This document shows positions 1 through 8,375 of a DNA stretch of 64,000 bases, piece after piece. Location: the NCBI GenBank assembly GCA_963745035.1, contig CAVUVW010000021.1:128001-192000 (forward strand), written 5' to 3'. The notes under the pieces are model-generated. The model made no database searches, was not told the DNA's origin, and saw nothing but the letters and a program-made list of their open reading frames with translations. The stretch is from an uncultured delta proteobacterium. Lineage in GTDB: Bacteria; Desulfobacterota; Binatia; UBA9968. Every line of letters begins with the position of its first letter. The stretch's first letter is position 1. The position numbers were made by a program, and so were the translations under genes.

Positions 1-2
1 GC

Positions 3-326
3 GGTCTCGGCGGCAACGACGAAGGCTTGACGTTCGATGTCACCACCGCCGATGCAGAAGACGCGGGCAAAAGAATCCTGCGCTTCGATTGCTTCTACAA
101 GAACCCTCATTATCACGTCGGCGCCTCCGGCGGCGAGAGCGCTGCCTACAAAATGAAAGACGAAGGCATCGAAGACCCGGTCCGCTGGACACTGGAGCAG
201 CTCAAGACCAGGTTTCCCGCCATGGTCAAACAAGCCGGCTACGACGAAATCGCCGAAAAAATCGATCAGAGCGCCGTCGCCGATCAGCTCACGCGGCTAG
301 AACGGGAAATAATCGCTAAATATTAA
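3..326 (+). CDS. conserved hypothetical protein, 5' end beyond window
   Basis: Frame open from window edge (GLGGNDEGLTFDV...) to TAA 324-326; LRFDCF...PHYH motif. Confidence 0.7.
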   Translation, partial: GLGGNDEGLTFDVTTADAEDAGKRILRFDCFYKNPHYHVGASGGESAAYKMKDEGIEDPVRWTLEQLKTRFPAMVKQAGYDEIAEKIDQSAVADQLTRLEREIIAKY

Positions 327-380
327 TGTCCCTTTAGGGGGATGGCTGAAATCCGTCACCTTCTGGCGAAGTGCGAGTTT

Positions 381-462
381 GTCATGCCGGCGAACGCCGG
401 CATCCAGGTTCATTGGCGGCGCATAATCAAAGAGACTGGATTCCGGTTTGCACCGGAATGAC
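381..462. repeat. REP-like palindromic doublet
   Basis: GTCATGCCGGCGAACGCCGGCATCCAG ... CTGGATTCCGGTTTGCACCGGAATGAC; a related half-site at ~37669-37692. Confidence 0.75.
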
Positions 463-569
463 GGGAAACCGGAGTCGACTTCCAGTTGACAAATTCAGAA
501 CCCCACGGCTTAGAGCCGAGGTTGTTCGGTTTTTGCTGAGCGCGCGAATACGGGCAAGATACAAAAACA

Positions 570-890
570 ATGTTAACCGGTGAGTGTAATCAATGCGGCG
601 CCTGCTGTTTCACGAAATCCGGCGCAGTCTGTGAGAATCTCGAAATTTTAATTCGGCCAGGCTTGCCCAACGCGACTCGGTGCAGGGTCTACTCTGAGCG
701 ATACGACGGCTTGCCGATACGAATGATCGCCAAAGACGGAAGGATTTTAAGGGGCTATTACTGCGCGAAAAATTCCCCGGCCGAAGTGTCAGTGATTATC
801 GAGATGGGGATCAAGAAAGGCGTGTGTTCGCTGACGCGTGTTGACCATGCAGATTCTAAAGGCAATCGAGTGTCAAGATGTAAGACTTGA
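570..890 (+). CDS. small cysteine-cluster protein (YkgJ / CxxCxxCC-like)
   Basis: CNQCGACC...C...CRVYSER pattern. Confidence 0.65.
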   Translation: MLTGECNQCGACCFTKSGAVCENLEILIRPGLPNATRCRVYSERYDGLPIRMIAKDGRILRGYYCAKNSPAEVSVIIEMGIKKGVCSLTRVDHADSKGNRVSRCKT

Positions 891-932
891 CTCTACTGCT
901 CTCTGCGAACGGCGATTCGAACAGGTGGTAAC

Positions 933-1992
933 TTGTTGCTGTTGACCAACGACGACGTGGAACAGGTCTTAACGATGGCCGACTGCGTCGATGTGTTGCG
1001 CCGTTTCTTTGAAGAGGAAGGCAAAGGCCAGGTGTTGACGCGGCAGCGCACGGAAAGCTGGCTGCCCCACCTCACGACCGATACTTTTTATCAGTGCAAG
1101 ACGATGGAAGGGGGAGTTCCTTACATCGGCAAGTACGTCATTCGAATCGATTCCAACGTAACCAGGAAAAAGCAGCAGGGTCAGTCGAGCCGCGTCGAGC
1201 ATGTTCCCTTCGGCAACGGGAGCTGGATGGGCATGTTGCTTGTTTTCTCTACCGAGACGGGCGAGCTGCTTGGCTGGATGCCCGACGGCTATCTACAGCG
1301 CACCCGCGTGGGTGCGTTGTATGCGCTCGCCGCCGATTACCTGGCGCGCCCGGATGCCGAAGAAGTCGGGCTGATCGGCTCAGGCTGGCAGGCCGGCGGG
1401 CAAATTCTCGGATTGCGCTGCGTGCGGAACATCAAGAAGGTTCGGGTTTTTAGTTCCAATGCCGATCGCCGCAATCGATTCGCCGACGAGTTGCAGGCGA
1501 GCTTGGGCATCGAAGTGCGTCCTGTCGTTGCCGCGCGGGATGCGTTCGCCAAAGCGGACATCGTCGCACTGGCGACCAACGCCAACGAGAAGGTCATGGA
1601 GTCGCTTTGGGTCGAGCCCGGGCAGCACCTGAGCTCCGTGCGCTTTCTCGAGCTCGACCCTCGCTCGTACGCAAGACTGCGACCGCGTGGTGGTCAACCG
1701 CGCCGAGCCGTGGATTCAAAATTATCATCTCGGCGAACTCTGTCCGCAGGATATCCGGGATGCCAAGGTCCCGCCCGCGCCGCCGGGCGCGATCGAGGCC
1801 CGCGAATTTTTCCGCCAGCGGATCAAAAGGACCGGAGCGCGCGAGAAGACCTTGTTTCCCAACGAAGCGAGCAATTACCAACTCGGCGGGCAGTTCGCCG
1901 CGGTGGCCGGCTTCGTCCTCGATCGGGCACGCGAAAAAGGATTGGGCCGCGACTTACCTTCGGAATGGTTTGCTCAAACACTGCTGCCGTGA
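933..1992 (+). CDS. ornithine cyclodeaminase / mu-crystallin family protein (frameshift near 1670)
   Basis: LLLTNDDV start, RTRVGA, GLIGSGWQA Rossmann motif; C-terminus continues in ORF 1687..1992. Confidence 0.85.
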
Positions 1993-2169
1993 CGCGGAAG
2001 CGGCGATTAAGAAGGACGATTGAATTGTTCGACTTCAAGATCGATAGCCCTGAAAGTGTCGCCTTGTCAGTTCTGTGAGGTTGTCGGGAAGTGAAACTCT
2101 GACTCGGATTTCTTCCCCAAAGGCGGGTCAACATGCGTTGCTGCGAGCATACGGCCGCGATACTCTGCA

Positions 2170-3039
2170 TTGGCAGAAGGAGATCAGAAGTGCCCTATGG
2201 CTTCACTGGTGATAGATTTCGATAAACTTGCTGATATCGGGGTAAAAGGTGTGCGCCGGGCGGCGGTTTTCATGGGCCTTGGATTAAACGCAGCACATGA
2301 TCCCGCCTTCAAAAAATACGAGCTGAGCAGCATTCAAAATATTGAACCGAGCACGATCCACATGGAATTGATTCCTGCTAATGTAAACGAGGAAACCTTG
2401 AGCCATTTCAAACGTGAATTCGGGACATGGATAATAACAAACGGATTGAGGGAGATAATCGAGCGATTTGCAGTTTACCTAGATGGTGTTAACCATGCAT
2501 GCCAGTGGATTGCTATAAATAAGCAAAACCTTCAATCGGACGACGCGGAAAGGCTGGATAAAAGTTTTCGCTTTAAGGGCATCGTCGATAAGCTACGTGA
2601 TCTTGAAGTGCGATTTGGCATCAAACCAAATCATCCAGAATATCTCGCGAGCATAAATCAAATGCGTAACTGTTTAACGCATCGGCTAGGCAGGGTAGGC
2701 GTGGAGGACTGTAATGGATATCAGCAGTTTGAACTAAAGTGGCTCGCGATGGAGTTTCAGATCCAATTGGAATCTGGAAAGATCATTACAGCAACCGACG
2801 TCCTTGGGAAGGTGTTACCTGAGGCGGGGACACTTCAACTAAAATTTGTGGAGCGCTGCAAGCCCTTTCCTTTAGGGAGTTTTGCACGCCTTGAGATGAA
2901 CGAATTGGCGGAAATCTGTAACTTTATTCTCAACTCAATACGCGCTGTAACCACTTCGGCGATTGAGTACGCAAAGGGCCAAGGAGTTCAATTAGTGACT
3001 CAGTCGCAAGATATCCCTAGCGCTGGCCGAAAATCCTAG
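2170..3039 (+). CDS. hypothetical protein with HEPN-like Rx4H motif
   Basis: 289 aa, visibly more AT-rich than flanks; SINQMRNCLTHRLG. Confidence 0.6.
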   Translation: MAEGDQKCPMASLVIDFDKLADIGVKGVRRAAVFMGLGLNAAHDPAFKKYELSSIQNIEPSTIHMELIPANVNEETLSHFKREFGTWIITNGLREIIERFAVYLDGVNHACQWIAINKQNLQSDDAERLDKSFRFKGIVDKLRDLEVRFGIKPNHPEYLASINQMRNCLTHRLGRVGVEDCNGYQQFELKWLAMEFQIQLESGKIITATDVLGKVLPEAGTLQLKFVERCKPFPLGSFARLEMNELAEICNFILNSIRAVTTSAIEYAKGQGVQLVTQSQDIPSAGRKS

Positions 3040-4374
3040 CAGGCTGCTGAAAAACTGTTGTTTTGTAAATTTCTTCTACTTTGGAAAACTGCACATATGT
3101 TAGGATGGCGCCGAATATAACTTCGGAGGCGTGGATGCGGGGATTGCAAGACGGACAAACGGGCATGTGGGCTTTTGTTTCCATCGAGGAACGAATTCCG
3201 AGCGACCATCCGTTGCGGCGGATTAAGCAGATGGCCGATCAAGAGCTTAAGAAGCTCTCGGGGGTGTTTAACCGGATGTATTCCCAAGTCGGACGACCGT
3301 CGGTGGCGCCCGAGAGGATACTGAAGTCGCTGTTGTTGATCGCACTGTACTCGGTGAGGAGCGAGCGGCAATTCAGCGAGCAGTTGGGTTACAATTTGTT
3401 GTTTCGCTGGTTTTTGGACATGGAGCTTGAGGAACAGAGTTTTGACGCCACGGTGTTCAGCAAGAACCGCGATCGGTTGCTGGAGCATGAGGTGGGCCGA
3501 TTGTTTTTCGACGCGGTGGTGAGACAAGCCCGAGCGGGCGGGCTGATGAGCGATGATCATTTCACCGTGGACGGGACTTTGATTGAGGCCTGGGCGAGCC
3601 TTAAGAGTTTTCGGCCCAAGGGAGAAGATCGGTCGGGAGATAACGATCAAGGCGATGGAGGCAACCGCTGGGTGGACTTTCATGGCGAGAAGCGAAGTAA
3701 CGAGACCCATGAGTCCAAGACTGATCCCGAGAGTCTGCTGATACGCAAGGGGCCGGGAAAAGAAGCGAAGCTTTGTTACGGGGCGCATGCCTTGATGGAG
3801 AACCGAAACGGCTTGTTGATCGATCTGATGGTCAGTCAGGCCACGGGCAGCGCTGAGCGGGAAGCCGCCAAGGACATGATCGAGCGTCAGCGGCGCAAAG
3901 GGGTGAAGGTAAAAAGTCTGGGAGCCGACAAGGGGTATGACACCGAGGACTTTGTCGGGTTTTTGCGCGGGCGAAAGATCCTCCCGCATGTGGCGGCCAA
4001 AAAGCGCGGTTCTGCCATCGATGGCAGAACGACTCGGCATCGGAGCTATAGCATCAGTCAACGGATACGAAAGAGAATCGAAGAGATCTTCGGTTGGGTG
4101 AAGACGGTGGGAGGGTTTAGGAAAACGCGTTTTCGGGGAACCGAAAAAACGCAATTGGCGGCGTGGTGGGTGGGAGCGGCGTATAACCTGGTGCGTATGG
4201 CGAAGTTGGCGGCCTAGGCGGTCTGCCAAAGGGGCAAAATAGATGCAGCGAGAGCTGAAAATCGCCTCTGTAGAGCAATCGACACTCATGTTTTCACTCT
4301 CTGCACTACTACACCGAAAAATTCTCTCTCTACGACGAAATCTATTCTTTTAAAGTGCCTTTTTCAGCAACCTG
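3040..4374 (+). mobile_element. IS5-family insertion sequence, complete
   Basis: TIRs CAGGCTGCTGAAAAA / TTTTTCAGCAACCTG (14/15); CTAG duplicated at 3036-3039 and 4375-4378. Confidence 0.93.
3081..4217 (+). CDS. IS5-family DDE transposase (true start may be 3105 or 3135)
   Basis: GRPSVAPE, SERQ, VDGTLIEAWAS, GADKGYD, RKRIEEIFGWVK. Confidence 0.93.
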   Translation: MENCTYVRMAPNITSEAWMRGLQDGQTGMWAFVSIEERIPSDHPLRRIKQMADQELKKLSGVFNRMYSQVGRPSVAPERILKSLLLIALYSVRSERQFSEQLGYNLLFRWFLDMELEEQSFDATVFSKNRDRLLEHEVGRLFFDAVVRQARAGGLMSDDHFTVDGTLIEAWASLKSFRPKGEDRSGDNDQGDGGNRWVDFHGEKRSNETHESKTDPESLLIRKGPGKEAKLCYGAHALMENRNGLLIDLMVSQATGSAEREAAKDMIERQRRKGVKVKSLGADKGYDTEDFVGFLRGRKILPHVAAKKRGSAIDGRTTRHRSYSISQRIRKRIEEIFGWVKTVGGFRKTRFRGTEKTQLAAWWVGAAYNLVRMAKLAA

Positions 4375-4516
4375 CTAGGGAACTCGACGGATTCGATGGC
4401 AAGCAAGAAATCTTCTTCCAGGAGACTCCGCCTGCAAGCGGTGCTCGGAATTGAAGTACTGACCGACTTTTGCCGAGGCTACAAAAAATAAATGATATTG
4501 GTTGGCTCTGGTGACT

Positions 4517-4607
4517 CGCGAAGTAAGCGGCAGGCGAAAATTTACGGTGCCCGTCAAGGAATTGTCAATTGCGCTAGTGCTCGCATATCCAATATCACTG
4601 GTCTTGT
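4517..4607 (-). promoter_or_regulatory. decayed copy of the promoter-attI platform
   Basis: aaatttac..tgtcaattgcg..tgctcg.atat.caatatcactggtct shared with 11634-11722; minus-strand TTGACA-N18-TAAATT; GTT crossover core not retained. Confidence 0.6.
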
Positions 4608-4667
4608 GAGGACAAATCCAACATCCACTGGATTCAGGACTACGTTATCCAGGTGGGACAAAGCTCA

Positions 4668-4817
4668 ATCGATGAACGGCAAGAATGCCTCGGCGATACC
4701 GACGAGATCATCATCCTGCAGCGCAAGATCTGGGAGCGGGAGATCAAAGCGCTCACGGATGGCAAAACGCTAAAGCACTGGGAACGGTCGCCGAGGCTCG
4801 CGGAAATGAGCTCTTAG
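4668..4817 (+). pseudogene. C-terminal fragment of a Rieske oxygenase alpha subunit
   Basis: Translates IDERQECLGDTDEIIILQRKIWEREIKALTDGKTLKHW, resembling DREHLGEGDRGIIMFRKLL of 41181..42353. Confidence 0.5.
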
Positions 4818-4822
4818 GCTAG

Positions 4823-4960
4823 TTCGGTGCCGCGCCGCTGCCGACTGCTGTTCAGTTCCTTCAACCGATCCCTCTTCTGGCTCTACTCACTGCGGAGATC
4901 ACTGCGTAAAGAGCTCAAAGAAAAGAAAGTCGGCGTGTCGAGCATCGGCTCGGGACGGAG
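4823..4960 (+). pseudogene. decayed internal fragment homologous to the binding-protein gene at 11861..12826
   Basis: RLLFSSFNRSLFWLYS...KELK.KK.GVSSIGSG matches 12121-12258. Confidence 0.8.
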
Positions 4961-5036
4961 CCGTACCTCAGTATCAGTAGTGTCACTGAACGGGCCAGTC
5001 TGGGTAGTTGCCAGTCACATTCCAGTGGCATCCGCG

Positions 5037-6024
5037 TTAGTCTCGTGCTGAATACCAGTCCAACACTCGTAAGGCGCGCAGGGTGTTCCACCGGCTCGGT
5101 CGGCCCTCGCCCTCGTCTATCTCGACCGGCATCTTGCCCGGGTAACGGGTCTCGAGCTGCCACCTGCCATCGTCGTCGCGCTTCGACGCGACCAGGCCGA
5201 TCGCCTCGGCTACGCGGTCGTCGGGCGCAACGCCGGCGCGGCGCAGGTACTCGAGCCCCCGCAGCACGTCGTAATGCCACCACGTCGGGAAGGCGAAGCG
5301 CGTCCACGCGGCGTTGCTCTTGCGATCTCGCTCGATCACCTCGCCGGTCGATCTTCCGGCGGAAGAGGCGGCGCTCGATGAGGTACTCCTGCCCGCGGAG
5401 ACGGGCCCCGGTCACCGCTGGGCTGCCGCCGACGGCCCGTTCGTATTCGAGCAGGGCTTCGAGCACGCAGATCGTGGTGTTGAACGACGACCGCGTCGAG
5501 CCGTTGGCGGCCTCGCAGTTCCAGCCGCCGTCGGGCAGCTGCTCGATGAGCAGCCGGTCGACGATGCTCCGGACGTCCTGACCGAAGTAGGCGCCGACCG
5601 CTGCGACCTGCCCGTTGATGCAGGGCTCGACCTCGCCTTCAAAGAAGGCATTGCCGTCACATTCCTGCGGGCCACACCCTCGCCACGTCACTCGCTCGCG
5701 GACGAGGCCCACCGCGCGCCGTGCCGCGTCGCTCGCGGGATCGAGACCCATGTCCCGCAGCAGCATCAGCGCGTGCATCGTGGAGTTCCACCCGTGGTTC
5801 CACGCCGCGCCGCCCCATCGCCCGTCGGGCGCCTGGAGGGCGAGCAACCGCGCACCCGCACCCTCGGTGGCGACCCGCGTGCGCTCGGCCGCGACCTCGT
5901 CCGCGGGCGCACCTATCAGGTCCCGCATCACCTGCCAGCGGATCGAAGAGTCAGAATCAAGCAGCCAGCGTATGACCGATCTCTTTGACGTCGAGACTTG
6001 CCGTTTGGCTGGATTAGTCGGCAT
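5037..6024 (-). CDS. cassette gene: prenyltransferase / squalene-cyclase-like alpha-barrel protein (frameshift ~5350)
   Basis: QAPDGRWG and QLPDGGWNCE QW-like repeats, WHYDVLRGL; ORFs 4915..6024 and 5037..5339 join. Confidence 0.75.
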
Positions 6025-6039
6025 ATTACGCTGTTGGTG

Positions 6040-6092
6040 GCCTAACGCGAGCGCTCAGCCGCGCGGCGTCCGGCTGCAGCGCGTTGTTAGGC
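6040..6092 (-). other. attC site (53 bp)
   Basis: Minus: GCCTAAC-AACGC-GCTGCAGC-13nt-GCTGAGC-GCTCGC-GTTAGGC; canonical R''/L''/L'/R' spacing with an extrahelical base. Confidence 0.88.
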
Positions 6093-6217
6093 GCCCAGCC
6101 ATCGCCAGTCCACAACATTGCAACGACCTGCCGAGTGTCCACCGTGCATCGAGCCAAATCCTGAGGCTCGAGTAGTCCGTCACCAACGATAATCGTGAGT
6201 TGATTCATCGCCCGTGA

Positions 6218-7045
6218 TCAGCGTGAGTTCCCTCCGCGCCACAGTGCGAGCAGCAAATCGTTTAGAGGTCGTCCGGTGAACTGGACCTCGTGGCCCGCGC
6301 CGCCGGCCACCGCCCGCGACGCGCCGATGCGTTCAGCAAGGTCGTCGCATATCGCGTCGAACCCGGCGCTGTGTCCACCTGATACGACAAGTTTTGGGAA
6401 AGTAGCCGCCGCCAGCTCGGCCAGCGGGAGGTCGCCCTGCCAGATCGGTCGCCCATGGCGCAACACGGGCACCAGAGGCACGGCGGCTGTGATCAGCTCG
6501 GGGGGAAGCGCGTCGGGATCACTCCCCACCGCCTTCAAAAAGCGGATGACCCAATCTTCATCGGGGAGGTTCTGACCCCAGAGGCCGCGCACTTCGTCCA
6601 CAAGAGCCCGCGCGGCCGGATGGGCTTGGCCTAACGCGAATGCCCCTGGTTCCAGCAACGCTACGGATAGCGTCGCGTCCGGACGGCGGGCCGCGGCGAA
6701 GAGCACGCCGAGGCCCCCGTAAGAATGACCCACGAGGTGCGCACTATCGTCCATGAGCTCGGCGATGTCGTCGGCATCGCGTAAGAAATCCTCACCTTCC
6801 GCGACGGGGCTTTTCCCATAGCCACGCCGGTCTGGCACCAAGAGGCGAAAGCCCTCATCGGCGAGCGGTCGCTGCGCCTGCCACTCCTCGCCTCCCGTCG
6901 CGAGCGAGCCGTGCACGAGCACCACGCGCGTGCCGGTGCCCCAGGAATCTACGAAGAGGTCGCTCATTTGCGCGTGCCTGGCGTAGACGACCACAAGATA
7001 GGCAGAACGCTCGCCGGATGCATGGCGAGATTCATGCCGCCCCAT
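6218..7045 (-). CDS. cassette gene: alpha/beta fold hydrolase
   Basis: VLVHGS, DRRGYGKS, GHSYGG nucleophile elbow, GAGH; start may be at MSDLFV. Confidence 0.9.
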   Translation of the reverse strand: MGRHESRHASGERSAYLVVVYARHAQMSDLFVDSWGTGTRVVLVHGSLATGGEEWQAQRPLADEGFRLLVPDRRGYGKSPVAEGEDFLRDADDIAELMDDSAHLVGHSYGGLGVLFAAARRPDATLSVALLEPGAFALGQAHPAARALVDEVRGLWGQNLPDEDWVIRFLKAVGSDPDALPPELITAAVPLVPVLRHGRPIWQGDLPLAELAAATFPKLVVSGGHSAGFDAICDDLAERIGASRAVAGGAGHEVQFTGRPLNDLLLALWRGGNSR

Positions 7046-7096
7046 TCACGCGTCATGCACATGAGTTGCTCCACCAATCTAACTTTCTGTTTCGTT

Positions 7097-7189
7097 GACT
7101 AACGCCCTGCGGTTGAGCGGCCGGCCCCACGTCCTGCTCGGCCGTGACGAGCCGTTCGGCGGCCGGTTCGCTCCAATCGCGCGTTAGGC
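7097..7189 (-). other. attC site (93 bp)
   Basis: Minus: GCCTAAC-GCGCG-ATTGGAGC...GCTCAAC-CGCAGGGC-GTTAGTC with internal CGGCCG inverted stem. Confidence 0.82.
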
Positions 7190-7665
7190 CGCCAGCGAGT
7201 GTGCTCGCCGAGCGCCTGATCGAGGGCCTTCGTGAGGACACCGACATCGAACCTTCGCAGCGCGCGGCGAGAACGCTGCTGTGCTGCTCTGGATGGCCAC
7301 TTGGGCCCGAACAGCCGGACTGCGGTGTACATCAAAAATGCGCGCTCTTCAGATACGCCGTCGCAGAGCATCGCGTCGTAGAACATGCGATGGACTTCCT
7401 CGTGCGGCTTGGCTTTGTCCTGGCAGGCAACGTCATGCACGACGGTCGCGCGCCGATAATCACCAATATATGGCGTACCGACGATCTTGGACCACAGGAC
7501 CTCCGGAATACTTGCCCCGTTTATAATTCGGCCTGCAGGTGCATCCCACCGGACTCCTCGGGAGTCGATGAAAGCGAAATCGCTCAACAGCTGCATATCG
7601 CGATCCTCGTCTTCGTGGCGACGCCACTGTGTATCCACCTGCCCTTCGAATTGGGGAACGTTCAT
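7099..7665 (-). CDS. cassette gene: DUF1353-family protein (frame reads through attC)
   Basis: GASIP...YRRATVVHDVAC...MYTAVRLFG. Confidence 0.85.
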   Translation of the reverse strand: MNVPQFEGQVDTQWRRHEDEDRDMQLLSDFAFIDSRGVRWDAPAGRIINGASIPEVLWSKIVGTPYIGDYRRATVVHDVACQDKAKPHEEVHRMFYDAMLCDGVSEERAFLMYTAVRLFGPKWPSRAAQQRSRRALRRFDVGVLTKALDQALGEHTRWRPNARLERTGRRTARHGRAGRGAGRSTAGR

Positions 7666-7703
7666 ATTCGTCTCCTTTGGACCTGGGTGGTTGCCCTGTA
7701 GCG

Positions 7704-7804
7704 GACTATCGCCATGCCGCTCAGCCGCGAGCGGCGATCACTAAGACCCATGAGTCAGCCTGATACCAGCCGCGCCGCTCGTCGGCTGCAGCGGCGTGTT
7801 AGAC
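7704..7804 (-). other. attC site (101 bp), R' mutated to GATAGTC
   Basis: Minus: GTCTAAC-ACGCC-GCTGCAGC-CGACGAGCGGCG...CGCCGCTCGCG-GCTGAGC-GGCATGGC-GATAGTC. Confidence 0.82.
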
Positions 7805-8198
7805 CGCATGCGCAGCTGGTGCGGTAACCCACCTGCCACAGCGAGACAAACGTGCAGGCCAAGAATATCCCGTCAGCGGTCAGGTTGACCGCGCCTGAGA
7901 AATCAGAAAGGGCCAAGAGATAGATCATGGCGTAGACGATTCCACCACCCGCCACAAAGGCCAGGACGCTCCCGAGCCAGTGACGCCGAAACAGCAGAGT
8001 GGCCGCCAACAAGTAGAGAGGAATGAAGAACATATCTGGATAGATCAGCGACTCGTATGCGCCGGCCGGAAATGCGGCTGGTCGCTCCCAGGTTCCATTG
8101 AGCACCGAGAAGACTGCAAATCCCTGAAACAATCCCCAAGCGGCGAACCAACATATCGCGAACCATGCTCTTCCGATTTCAGTACGTTGATGTTGCAT
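7755..8198 (-). CDS. cassette gene: small 4-TM membrane protein
   Basis: Four hydrophobic segments; lies between the attI-like site at 8220 and attC at 7704. Confidence 0.7.
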   Translation of the reverse strand: MQHQRTEIGRAWFAICWFAAWGLFQGFAVFSVLNGTWERPAAFPAGAYESLIYPDMFFIPLYLLAATLLFRRHWLGSVLAFVAGGGIVYAMIYLLALSDFSGAVNLTADGIFLACTFVSLWQVGYRTSCACGLTRRCSRRAARLVSG

Positions 8199-8217
8199 CT
8201 TCCAAGTATCTCTGTCG

Positions 8218-8333
8218 GTCTAACTATTGAGTGAACTGATCACGTATATTGGATCTACAAAATTTACTATCGCGATGATTTACAACTTGTCAATGAAACA
8301 TTTCCGTTCGTATATCCAATATACGTGGTCAGT
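8218..8333 (-). promoter_or_regulatory. attI-like site plus upstream promoter (platform B)
   Basis: Crossover G|TTAGACCG complementary to CGGTCTAAC of the next attC; 30/32 nt identical to 11598-11629; minus-strand TTGACA at 8288-8293; 19/20 inverted repeat 8235-8254 / 8314-8333. Confidence 0.75.
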
Positions 8334-8375
8334 ATAGTACCAATGTACCTGACATAACTTAGCGGCAGGCTTCCT

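Noticed and set aside
3036-4289. 417-aa minus-strand ORF
   Set aside because: Antisense shadow of the IS5 transposase
4985-5042. Possible sixth attC (GACTAAC over the stop ... GTTCAGT, 58 bp)
   Set aside because: No recognisable L''/L' pairing; at most a remnant
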